NCBI GenBank assembly: GCA_963663385.2
Contig: CAXXXD010000004.1
Span: forward strand, 160,001 to 224,000
From: Oceanispirochaeta sp.
GTDB lineage: Bacteria > Spirochaetota > Spirochaetia > DSM-2461
DNA: 64,000 nt
Reading direction: 5' to 3'
The notes beneath the pieces are model-generated. The model saw only the letters and a list, made by a program, of their open reading frames with translations, made no database searches and was not told the DNA's origin. The translations under genes and the position numbers were made by a program. How positions within the stretch are numbered: the stretch's first letter is position 1; the number at the start of each line of letters is the position of its first letter. Positions 28,972 to 37,900 of this stretch are shown here, piece after piece.

Positions 28972-29985
28972 ATGAAAAAGATACTGAGCCTGTTGATTCT
29001 GGTTGTTTTTCTTTTCAGCGCATGTGCCAAAAAAGAAGACGGAGAGACTGCCAAAAAGAAAACCTATAGCTTTAACTATGCCGTTTTTTTTCCGGCAACC
29101 CATCTGCAGGCTAAAACAGCAGAAGCCTGGGCTAAAGAAGTGGAAGCCCGTTCTGAAGGTCAGATTCAAATCACCATGTTCCCCGGAGGAACCCTTTCCA
29201 AGGCGGCGCAGACCTACGAAGCTGTCGTTTCGGGAGTTGCCGATATGGGAATGAGTGTCTTTGCCTATACCAGGGGACGCTTCCCCCTTCTGGAAGGCCT
29301 GGACCTTCCCGTCGGTTACCCCGATGGCGTAAGGGCGACGAAAATTGCCAATGATCTGGTTAAAAAATATCAGCCCGAAGAACTTTCCGATGTACATGTC
29401 CTTTATCTTCACGCCCATGGCCCCGGTATCCTGGCCAGTAAAAAAGAGATCAGATCCGGTTCCGATATAGCCTCGCTCAAGGTGAGAGCAACCGGGCTAT
29501 CCGCCAAAATAGTGGAAGCCCTGAAGGGAACTCCCGTTTCCATGAGCCAGGGAGATACTTATGAATCCCTGCAGAAAGGCGTTGTGGATGCCACCTTCTG
29601 TCCCGTCGAAACCCTCAAGGGCTGGAAGCAGGGTGAAGTGATTGATTATGTGGTGGATACCAAATCCATCGGATACACGACATCCATGTTTGTTGTCATG
29701 AACAAGGATAAGTGGAACGCCCTCCCCGAAGATCTTCAGAATATCCTGACTGAAGTCAGCGAAGAGTGGGTTTATAAACAGGGGGCGGCCTGGGATGAGA
29801 GCGACAAACAGGGGGAAGCCTTTGTTAAAGAGCTGGGTAAAGAATTTATCAGTCTGAGCGATTCAGACAATGCCGTACTGGTAGATGCCATGGCTCCGGT
29901 CTATGCCGAGTATGTTGCCGCTGCCAAAGAGAAAGGTCTCCCCGGAGAAGAATTCCTGAATGATCTCAGAGAGATGCTCAAGTGA
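28972..29985 (+). CDS. dctP: TRAP transporter substrate-binding lipoprotein (DctP family)
   Basis: Lipobox [45 protein letters not shown]. Confidence 0.92.
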   Translation: MKKILSLLILVVFLFSACAKKEDGETAKKKTYSFNYAVFFPATHLQAKTAEAWAKEVEARSEGQIQITMFPGGTLSKAAQTYEAVVSGVADMGMSVFAYTRGRFPLLEGLDLPVGYPDGVRATKIANDLVKKYQPEELSDVHVLYLHAHGPGILASKKEIRSGSDIASLKVRATGLSAKIVEALKGTPVSMSQGDTYESLQKGVVDATFCPVETLKGWKQGEVIDYVVDTKSIGYTTSMFVVMNKDKWNALPEDLQNILTEVSEEWVYKQGAAWDESDKQGEAFVKELGKEFISLSDSDNAVLVDAMAPVYAEYVAAAKEKGLPGEEFLNDLREMLK

Positions 29986-30464
29986 GATTCTTCGCCTCAG
30001 TCAGCCGTCTGATTATTCTGTTCGCCTATATGGCAGGGGGGGCAACCCTTCTGATGATGAGTGTGACCGTTCTGGATATTATCCTGAGGATTTTCGGTAT
30101 CGGGATAACCGGAGCCTACGATATGGTCAGAGCCTGCGGCGTTATTGCCGTTGCCTGCGCTCTGCCTTATGTTACCGCCACCAAAGGGCATATTGCTATT
30201 GAGTTCTTCTACCATAAATGCGGCAGAACAGGGCGTCTGGTTCTGGATCTGATATTCAGGGTTTCGGCTCTGGTCCTATTTGCCATTCTGACCTGGCAGA
30301 CCCTGCTTTACGGTGTTGCCCTGTTTGAAAGCGGGGAAGTCTTTCCCAATCTGGGGCTGCCTGTGTTCTGGATACCCTTTGTTATCAGTCTGAACTGCCT
30401 GCTTATGATGGTTGTTTTTGTTTACCATCTTATCCATCCCGGCAAGGAGTATATTAAAGCATGA
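29982..30464 (+). CDS. dctQ: TRAP transporter small permease (DctQ)
   Basis: Four TM, GHIAIEF motif; GTGA overlap with dctP. Confidence 0.88.
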   Translation: MRFFASVSRLIILFAYMAGGATLLMMSVTVLDIILRIFGIGITGAYDMVRACGVIAVACALPYVTATKGHIAIEFFYHKCGRTGRLVLDLIFRVSALVLFAILTWQTLLYGVALFESGEVFPNLGLPVFWIPFVISLNCLLMMVVFVYHLIHPGKEYIKA

Positions 30465-31762
30465 GTCCTCTTCAAGTCGGAATCCTGGGATCCTTAATTC
30501 TGTTTACCCTGCTGTTTACCAGCATGCCCGTTGCCTTTGCCATGCTGGCTTCGGGGGTTATTGGTTTTGCCCTGATTGTCACCCCCCAGGCGGCATTCAG
30601 CATGGTTATCGCCGAGCTGTATGAAACTTTCAGCGCCTATAACCTCACTGTGATCCCCCTCTTTGTCATGATGGGACAGGTCTCTTTTCATGCGGGGATC
30701 AGCAGAAGACTGTTTCATACAACCTATGTATGGCTGGGGCATCTGAGAGGCGGACTGGCCATGGCTACTGTGGGAGCCTGTGCAGGTTTCGGGGCCATAT
30801 GCGGTTCCGGCCCTGCCACGGCGGCTACCATGGCTTCCGTGGCTCTTCCTGAAATGAAACGCTACGGTTATGCTGATTCCCTGGCTTCCGGATCTATTGC
30901 CGCCGGCGGCTCTCTGGGGATGCTGATTCCTCCCAGTGTGGTCTTTATTGTTTACGCCCTGATGACGGAGCAGTCCATCGGCAGCCTCTTTCTGGCGGGG
31001 ATTGTCCCCGGTCTGCTGATTGTCCTGCTGTTCTGCCTGAACATTTTTTTCCGGTGCAGCCGGGATGAAACCCTTGGTCCCGCCGGTCCGAAACATGGCT
31101 GGAAGGAGCGTTTTCTCTCTTTAAACGGGATTCTGGAAACACTCATTCTGTTTATTCTTGTAATGGGCGGTATGTTTCTCGGGTTCTTTACTCCCATTGA
31201 GGCGGCGGCTGTCGGAGCTGCCGGAAGTTTTCTGGTTGCGGGTGTACAGAGAAAGCTGAGTTTTGACAAACTCAAGCGTATTCTCCTTGAGACAGTCCGG
31301 ACCTCCTGCATGATCTTCTTTATCGTGGCCGGAGCGACGGTGTTCGGCCGGTTTCTGGCTATCTCCCGTATCCCTTTTGCCGTAGCCGAGGGGTTTATAT
31401 CCCTGCCTCTGCCCGGCGAAGTTGTGATGATGCTTATTATCCTCTTTTTTCTGGTGGCCGGCTGTTTTATCGATGCCCTGGCTCTGATGCTGCTGACTAT
31501 CCCGATCTTTTTTCCGGTTGTGCAGCAGCTGGGGTTTGATCCCGTCTGGTTCGGGGTTATTGTTGTTGTTATCACACAGATGGGTGTTATTACTCCCCCT
31601 GTGGGTGTTAATGTTTATGTGGTGAGCGGGATTGAGAGAGATATTCCTCTGCCCGTAATCTTTAAAGGGTCCCTGCCGTTTCTCTGGATGCTGGTTCTGG
31701 CGGCTCTGATCCTGATTGCCGTCCCGGAGCTCTGTCTGGTGCTGCCCCGTATTTTTCATTAA
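30461..31762 (+). CDS. dctM: TRAP transporter large permease (DctM)
   Basis: IPLFVMMG, GGSLGMLIPPS, TP.EAA, ITPPVGVN. Confidence 0.95.
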   Translation: MSPLQVGILGSLILFTLLFTSMPVAFAMLASGVIGFALIVTPQAAFSMVIAELYETFSAYNLTVIPLFVMMGQVSFHAGISRRLFHTTYVWLGHLRGGLAMATVGACAGFGAICGSGPATAATMASVALPEMKRYGYADSLASGSIAAGGSLGMLIPPSVVFIVYALMTEQSIGSLFLAGIVPGLLIVLLFCLNIFFRCSRDETLGPAGPKHGWKERFLSLNGILETLILFILVMGGMFLGFFTPIEAAAVGAAGSFLVAGVQRKLSFDKLKRILLETVRTSCMIFFIVAGATVFGRFLAISRIPFAVAEGFISLPLPGEVVMMLIILFFLVAGCFIDALALMLLTIPIFFPVVQQLGFDPVWFGVIVVVITQMGVITPPVGVNVYVVSGIERDIPLPVIFKGSLPFLWMLVLAALILIAVPELCLVLPRIFH

Positions 31763-31795
31763 TTAGGACCCGAAAATGTTTGAAGGAGGCCTTTG

Positions 31796-32251
31796 ATGCC
31801 GCATAAGAATCTGTTTAAAAAAATCATGTTCTGTACCGACTTTAACAGCGATGCCCTGAAGGCCTTTTACTATGCCCTGAATGTTGCCGAAGGAAACCCC
31901 GGGAGCGAGCTGATTATCTACCATGTGATACCCGAGCCGGAAGCCCAGTTCTGGAAATCCTACATCTACGAAGTGGATAATGTGGATGAAAAAGCGAGGC
32001 AGGATATTGATAAGGTGATCAGAGAAACCTATCTGGATAAACTGCCTGAGGGTTTGAACTGTACCGTGCGGACCACCATCGGCAATGTAGGCAGCGAGAT
32101 CCTGGCGTATTCCAGAAAGGAGAATGTTGATCTGATCGTGATCGGCCGGGGCGCCGGATCAAATATGATTAACCGCCTGCTGGGGGACTTTATCAAGAAA
32201 CTGATCCATAAAAGCCACTGCCCCGTACTGGTCATACCGGAAGAAAGCTGA
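31796..32251 (+). CDS. Universal stress protein (UspA family)
   Basis: KKIMFCTDF, DLIVIG, LLG...K....CPVLVIP; GGAGG RBS. Confidence 0.9.
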   Translation: MPHKNLFKKIMFCTDFNSDALKAFYYALNVAEGNPGSELIIYHVIPEPEAQFWKSYIYEVDNVDEKARQDIDKVIRETYLDKLPEGLNCTVRTTIGNVGSEILAYSRKENVDLIVIGRGAGSNMINRLLGDFIKKLIHKSHCPVLVIPEES

Positions 32252-32278
32252 GTTTGAGGAATCCGGAGTCCATTGCCT

Positions 32279-33706
32279 TCAGTCTCCGGCTTTCCAGGGG
32301 TGCAGCTTTTTACGGACAGCTTTATCTTCGTACATTCTGCTGTCTGCTGCGGAAAGCAGGCTTTTATAATCCGTTCCATCTGTCTGGTAATGGGATATTC
32401 CGAAACTGAATTTACAGGAAAGGGATCTCCCTTCAAAGTGGAATGGCTGATTTTCAATCAGACTCCGTTGTTTTTCGATACGGGTTTTACATCTGTTGTC
32501 TTTTCCGAAGCATACAGCAATAAATTCATCTCCTCCGAATCGGGCAAATATATCAGATGATCGGAACATGCCGCTCATTTTTCCGGCAAAGTGGAGCAGC
32601 ATTTCATCACCGGCACTGTGGCTATAGGTATCGTTAATTTTTTTTAAATCGTTCAGATCAAAAAGCACCAGACAGAAACTATCTTTATAGCGTTCGGATC
32701 TTTTTAAAATCAGTTCCAGAATACTCTCAAAATAACGGCGGTTGTATAGATTTGTCAGTTTGTCATGTTCGGATTCGTAGGTGGTCCTTTCAAAATTTTT
32801 GAACATGCTTATGGCGATGGGGATCTGGGACCGGACGCACTCCATCAGGGCTCTGTCCGTATCATCGAAAATGTTATTTTTCCAGCTGTCCAGGTTAAAC
32901 AGGCCGTACAGGGAACCGTTAATCAGGAGAGGAGCGCTCATGGTTGATCGGATCGTTCTCCCTTTGTTGTCAGTAAGGAGAGTATCGGGCATATTGTGTT
33001 TTTCCAGAAAATTCTGAAGGTCGTTAATTATCAGGGTTTCCTTCGGTTCACTATTGGCTTCTTTCCAGTGAAATGTATCTTCCACCTTAATCCGGAAATC
33101 TCCTGTTTCAGCAGGAGGATAACCCCTGGAGGAGGCAATTCTCAGTTGACGGTTTTCATCCAGCAGGAGAACACAGCCTATGACGGCATGGTCAACAGCA
33201 GAGAGTACTTTTTCCAGGATAAGGGAGAATAGTTCATCCTGATTGTTAAGTTCCTGTATGGAGTTGTTGATGGACAGAATCGCATCCTTCAGACGCATGA
33301 CCCTGTCGGCGCTTCTTTCCTTATCGCTTTTCAGCCCCATATCGGATATTGTCCCGGTAGTACCGATAATCGCACCGTCACTATTGGCTGCGGATGTAAT
33401 ATTCAACTGGAAGAACTCGTCATGTCCCCTTTTTTTTAAGGTAAAAGACTGACGGGAACTCCCCTCCATCCTGCTTATTTCATTATCAGCCCGCTTAAAT
33501 GCCTTTTCCGGAGAACCGGAGCAGATATCAGAAATAAGACGACCGGTGATTTCCTCTTTTGAGAGATCAAAAAGGGCGCAGAACTCATCATTGCAGAGGG
33601 ATATCCGAAAATCCCGGTCTCTGAAAAATGCGGGGATGGGTGATGCTTCCATAAAGGCATCCAGTATGGCTTGCGTATCCGCAGCGGACAGGTTTTTTTT
33701 CATCAC
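32279..33706 (-). CDS. PAS-GAF-GGDEF diguanylate cyclase
   Basis: HDKLTNLYNRRYF, FDLNDLK.IND.YSH.AGD, RSSD I-site, RFGGDEF, ADSRMY. Confidence 0.93.
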   Translation of the reverse strand: MMKKNLSAADTQAILDAFMEASPIPAFFRDRDFRISLCNDEFCALFDLSKEEITGRLISDICSGSPEKAFKRADNEISRMEGSSRQSFTLKKRGHDEFFQLNITSAANSDGAIIGTTGTISDMGLKSDKERSADRVMRLKDAILSINNSIQELNNQDELFSLILEKVLSAVDHAVIGCVLLLDENRQLRIASSRGYPPAETGDFRIKVEDTFHWKEANSEPKETLIINDLQNFLEKHNMPDTLLTDNKGRTIRSTMSAPLLINGSLYGLFNLDSWKNNIFDDTDRALMECVRSQIPIAISMFKNFERTTYESEHDKLTNLYNRRYFESILELILKRSERYKDSFCLVLFDLNDLKKINDTYSHSAGDEMLLHFAGKMSGMFRSSDIFARFGGDEFIAVCFGKDNRCKTRIEKQRSLIENQPFHFEGRSLSCKFSFGISHYQTDGTDYKSLLSAADSRMYEDKAVRKKLHPWKAGD

Positions 33707-33901
33707 TATCAGTTTAATGGATTTTAATCTGTTAATCGAGAAATTTTTGATTATAGGGCAGATGGAGAACTGGATAATATTTCTGTTGACAGGATTCCGT
33801 CTATTCCATTTATTATAATTTGTTTTGAAGTATCCTTAATACATCTCCGAATGAAAGGACTCTCTGAAATGAAAATCATGATTTTCTCCTCTATCCTGTA
33901 G

Positions 33902-35248
33902 TCACTCCCCCGGAATCAAATCGATAACATAGAAGGTTCCCGGTTCGGTATAGTCCAGGCCGTAGGCGTAGTTCCCTTCAATAGAGAAAATATTGAGACC
34001 TTCCGAAATTGATGAATATAGAACAGGTCTTGCCGGATCCGAGATATCCACAAAATCGGATGCACCGGTGCTGTAGTTGCTGACATACAGATACTTTCCG
34101 ACAATTCCGCCGACTGTGGTTCCGCCCCCATTATCAAAGGTGCTGACAACAGAAAGAGAGGATGGGTCTGTCAGATCAACGAATCTGACCGGACCATTCA
34201 GATCGGAGACACAGGCATAGTTTTGATATATTTGAATAAAACCGCTGAGCATCCCGGGAATTTCCAGAAAATCACCGCCGTCTCCTACAAGATTAATCGC
34301 ACCTAATCCGGGATCTACACCAGTCCCGCCTCCCGGTTGGGTATAAAGCAGAAGATTTCCGGAAACAGCAATATCAAAACCGTCATCTGTGATAGCTCTT
34401 ACATAATCCAGAGACGGATTCTCAGGATCTGATATATCAAACTGCCCAATAACATGACTGTCACCGTCACCGGTATCCTTTCTTAAGGGAGCATATAGAG
34501 AACTGCCGTGAAAAGCGAAGGCATGGGAGCCCGCTTTGTAAGTGTTTCCACCATATGAAAGATCGGCTGAAGCGATTTCCAGAGGAGAGGCACAGTTGGA
34601 GATGTCGTAGACTTTAAACTGCTTGGGATTAAGCGTATCTGTTACATCCAGAACATAAAGATAGTTCCCTGAAACGGCAAGATCATGGCTGGTTTCAATC
34701 CCGGTGATAGACCCGGCAAGAACGGGATTTGTTTTGTCGGATATATCGACTATGGTTACACCGTTTTCAATCCTTGCCAGAAATGCATAATCCTCTTTTA
34801 ACTGTATTCTGTATCCGCCCCCTCCGACGTCAAGAGAACCTATAACCTGGGGATCGGTAGAAGGAATGATTTCAAAACTCCGGGCCTCACTCCAGGGACC
34901 GGCTTCGCTGTCCTTTAACGCCCGCACCCGCCAGTACTTCTGATCACTGATAGTCAGGGCTTCCGGATACTCATACCCGGACTCGGATACCGTGATAATA
35001 TCAGCTCCGTCCAGCTGATCTTCCGCTTCTGCAATCTGAACTTCATAACTTGTTGCCCCCCCGGAATCTTCCCAGTCCAGAAGAGGAGTCTTTTCCGCAA
35101 TCTCAGCTTCGTCTGCCGGTGATATAAGGGTTACTGATCGGGTCCATCCCAGAACCATTTCGTCTATTGTGTCCTTCAGGCCGATGGGGTCGCAGGAGAG
35201 GATAAGTACAAGTGGAAATAACATAAAGACTTTCTTTTTCAAAATCAT
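33902..35248 (-). CDS. Lipoprotein with FN3/Ig-like domain and LVIVD-repeat beta-propeller (copy 3)
   Basis: Lipobox LILSC; TPLLDWED...YEVQI...YWRVRA...W; repeated IVDISD.TNP / VYDISN.ASP / FVDLTDP units; exact start within a few codons. Confidence 0.85.
   Translation of the reverse strand: MILKKKVFMLFPLVLILSCDPIGLKDTIDEMVLGWTRSVTLISPADEAEIAEKTPLLDWEDSGGATSYEVQIAEAEDQLDGADIITVSESGYEYPEALTISDQKYWRVRALKDSEAGPWSEARSFEIIPSTDPQVIGSLDVGGGGYRIQLKEDYAFLARIENGVTIVDISDKTNPVLAGSITGIETSHDLAVSGNYLYVLDVTDTLNPKQFKVYDISNCASPLEIASADLSYGGNTYKAGSHAFAFHGSSLYAPLRKDTGDGDSHVIGQFDISDPENPSLDYVRAITDDGFDIAVSGNLLLYTQPGGGTGVDPGLGAINLVGDGGDFLEIPGMLSGFIQIYQNYACVSDLNGPVRFVDLTDPSSLSVVSTFDNGGGTTVGGIVGKYLYVSNYSTGASDFVDISDPARPVLYSSISEGLNIFSIEGNYAYGLDYTEPGTFYVIDLIPGE
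35139..35170. repeat. 32-bp repeat, copy in lipoprotein gene 3
   Basis: CGGGTCCATCCCAGAACCATTTCGTCTATTGT; identical at 36466-36497, one mismatch at 37797-37828. Confidence 0.9.
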
Positions 35249-35264
35249 CTCCTTTGTTCAGATA

Positions 35265-36569
35265 TCAGTCTCCCGGAATCAGATCTACTACATGCAGTTT
35301 CCCTGTGGAATACTCTGTCCCGTAAAGATAGTTCCCGCTTACCGCATTTACTGAGATAACGGCCTCTTCTGCAGGGATGGTTCCCCACTCTTCAGGAGAT
35401 TCAGGGTCGGTAAGATCCAGGATCAGAACGCTGCCGTTAAACAGGGAAACAAAGGCAAAACGGTCCGCTATTGAGATATTGTTCCCTCCTGCAGAAAGAG
35501 GATAGGCTGCCGCTGAAACAGGATTGGTCACATCTTCGATATCAAAAATTTCAATAGAATTAACATTCATACTCGTGGCATACGCATAGTGGTCATATAC
35601 GGTCACCATACTGTTATCCCAATCGGTCTGGAAATCTGCGGCAGTGCTGCCCACCTCGACATTCCCGTTCATCTGGAGAATCCGGATACCAGTATCATCA
35701 ACCGTGTATACCAGGTAACTCCCGTAGGTATCAAAAGAGTTAACCCTTTTCCCCAATCCGGCAGGATCAATCATTTCGGGAGCAGAATCAAACGCGGAAA
35801 GGATATTGTCAAATCGATAATAACCGTTCCAGCATCCCGCATATAAGCTGGTTCCCCCGTAGAACAGCCCGTACCACTGGTTGTTTATTCCATAAGAATC
35901 CTTTACAGCAACACTGGAAGGATCTGAAATGTCCAGAATATAAACATAATATGGACTGGTTTCGGCAAAACTTTCCGAGACGTAGGCATAATTCCCGGAG
36001 ATATTGATATCCCATACACCGTTTGCAGTGGAGACCGTGTCTATAAGCTCCGGAGCAGAAGGAGAGGTTATGTTAAAAACTTTAATGCCGTTATCTCCTG
36101 CTGACGCATAAAGATAATTTCCCGACACTTCCAGTCCCCAGGCATGTACCCCCAGATCAAGAGTATTGACCAGTTCAGGGCTTGCAGAAGGAACAATCTT
36201 AAAGGTGCGGATATCACTCCAGTCCCCTGTTGATCCGTCGGCAACCGCTCTGACCCGCCAGTACCGTTCGGAACCGAGAGTCAGTTCATCGGGGATTTCA
36301 TACTGCGACTCTGTTACTTCAATTGAAGTAGTGCTTTCAAGCTGATCTTCAGCTCTGACAATCTGAACTTCATAACCTGTTGCTCCCCCGGCGTCCTCCC
36401 AGTCCAGCAGCGGGGTTTTATCTGCTATTCCTTCACCGTCATCCGGAGAGACTACGCTTACCTCCCGGGTCCATCCCAGAACCATTTCGTCTATTGTCTC
36501 CTTTAAGGCGATGTCTTTACAAGAGAAAATCAAAATCAGCGGTAATAGAATCAAAACAGTTCTTTTCAT
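35265..36569 (-). CDS. Lipoprotein with FN3/Ig-like domain and LVIVD-repeat beta-propeller (copy 2)
   Basis: Lipobox LIFSC; same N-terminal module as copies 1 and 3; SGNYAYV, ILDISDP, IFDIEDVTNP repeats. Confidence 0.85.
   Translation of the reverse strand: MKRTVLILLPLILIFSCKDIALKETIDEMVLGWTREVSVVSPDDGEGIADKTPLLDWEDAGGATGYEVQIVRAEDQLESTTSIEVTESQYEIPDELTLGSERYWRVRAVADGSTGDWSDIRTFKIVPSASPELVNTLDLGVHAWGLEVSGNYLYASAGDNGIKVFNITSPSAPELIDTVSTANGVWDINISGNYAYVSESFAETSPYYVYILDISDPSSVAVKDSYGINNQWYGLFYGGTSLYAGCWNGYYRFDNILSAFDSAPEMIDPAGLGKRVNSFDTYGSYLVYTVDDTGIRILQMNGNVEVGSTAADFQTDWDNSMVTVYDHYAYATSMNVNSIEIFDIEDVTNPVSAAAYPLSAGGNNISIADRFAFVSLFNGSVLILDLTDPESPEEWGTIPAEEAVISVNAVSGNYLYGTEYSTGKLHVVDLIPGD
36457..36501. 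repeat. 45-bp repeat, copy in lipoprotein gene 2
   Basis: 44/45 identical to 37788-37832. Confidence 0.9.
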
Positions 36570-36589
36570 AATCTACTCCCGGGGTTCCC

Positions 36590-37900
36590 TTAAGGTAATA
36601 AATCCGTAATAACCAGTTTTCCCTTATAGTAATCCACTCCGTAGGCATAATTCCCAATAATTTCACTGATCGGCAGATCTTCTTTTGTTGTATACAGGGT
36701 AGGATTTGTAATGTCTGAAATATCAATAATGCGAAGTTTTTTATCAGGATCTGTTGTTGTAAAAAGGTAGTCCCGATAGACAGCAACCCAGGCTGTAGCC
36801 ATTTCGGGATTATACTCACTTACGTAAGTCAGATTTGAAGGATCAGCTATATCCAGGATAATCAGAGGATGACTGGCATTCAGGCCGTCTGAAACAAACA
36901 GATAGTGGTCAGAAACAGCTGTAAACGCTTCTCCCTGATTGTTAATGGGATAATAATCCAATTGATCCACTTCTCCGAAAAAACTACAGGAGAAAACTCC
37001 TGCATTTGTTGTTACAAAACCGTACCCGCCGCTTAACTCCATATACCATAACGGATCGGTATCTGGAGTGATTTTCTGAAAAACCGGATTCCCGGGGGAT
37101 GCGGGATCCGATATAAGAATTCTTAAAATACCCCATTCTGAACTGTCACCCTGGACTGCAATGTATATGTTATCTCCAAAAAGGACACTGTCCTCAGGAT
37201 CATAATTAACAGAACCTGCCGTCAAAGAACAGGAACTGACAAGTTCGGGAGAAGAGGGATTGGAAATGTCATAAATCTCCAATTGATTATCCATGTCGTT
37301 ATCAACCTGCAGCATATAGAGATACTGATCTTCAACGGATAAATCCTCTACCTTTTTTTCAATCGTTTTCACAAGAACAGGAGCTGAAGGATCTGAAATA
37401 TCAACGATTTTTACACCGACTGAGTCACAGTAGGGAATATAAGCATAATCCCCTTGAATTTCCATTTTATAGGGATTCCCGCCTATATCGAGTTCCCCCA
37501 GCAGAGCAGGGGTATCGGATATAATGATTTTAAAACTGCGGGTTTCACCCCATTCTCCGGCCTCGTCATCCTTTACAGCTCGTACCCGCCAGTAGCGGGT
37601 ATCGCAGATAATCAGTTCGTCTGGTATCTCATACTCCGATTCGGTAGTTTCAATGATCTCTGCTTCTGCGAAATGGTCGATGGATTCAACAATCTGCAGT
37701 TCATACCCGGAGGCTCCTCCCGCATCTTCCCAGTCCAACATGGGTGTTTTTTCAGTCAGCCCGGCATTATCCTTAGGAGAGAGAACACTTACCTCCCGGG
37801 TCCATCCCAGGACCATTTCGTCTATTGTCTCCCTGAGGCTGATGTCATCGCAGGAGAGAATGATTCCAGCCAGAAGAAGCAGGAATATCCCCTTTTTCAT
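36590..37900 (-). CDS. Lipoprotein with FN3/Ig-like domain and LVIVD-repeat beta-propeller (copy 1)
   Basis: Lipobox IILSC; IVDISDPSAP, IYDISNPSSP, ILDIADPSN, IIDISDITNP repeats; ATGA overlap with the upstream gene. Confidence 0.85.
   Translation of the reverse strand: MKKGIFLLLLAGIILSCDDISLRETIDEMVLGWTREVSVLSPKDNAGLTEKTPMLDWEDAGGASGYELQIVESIDHFAEAEIIETTESEYEIPDELIICDTRYWRVRAVKDDEAGEWGETRSFKIIISDTPALLGELDIGGNPYKMEIQGDYAYIPYCDSVGVKIVDISDPSAPVLVKTIEKKVEDLSVEDQYLYMLQVDNDMDNQLEIYDISNPSSPELVSSCSLTAGSVNYDPEDSVLFGDNIYIAVQGDSSEWGILRILISDPASPGNPVFQKITPDTDPLWYMELSGGYGFVTTNAGVFSCSFFGEVDQLDYYPINNQGEAFTAVSDHYLFVSDGLNASHPLIILDIADPSNLTYVSEYNPEMATAWVAVYRDYLFTTTDPDKKLRIIDISDITNPTLYTTKEDLPISEIIGNYAYGVDYYKGKLVITDLLP
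37788..37832. repeat. 45-bp repeat, copy in lipoprotein gene 1
   Basis: 44/45 identical to 36457-36501. Confidence 0.9.

Noticed and set aside
35139..37832. CRISPR array or shufflon suggested by three 32-bp repeats
   Set aside because: The repeats lie inside coding sequence about 1.3 kb apart in direct orientation; no cas or invertase genes
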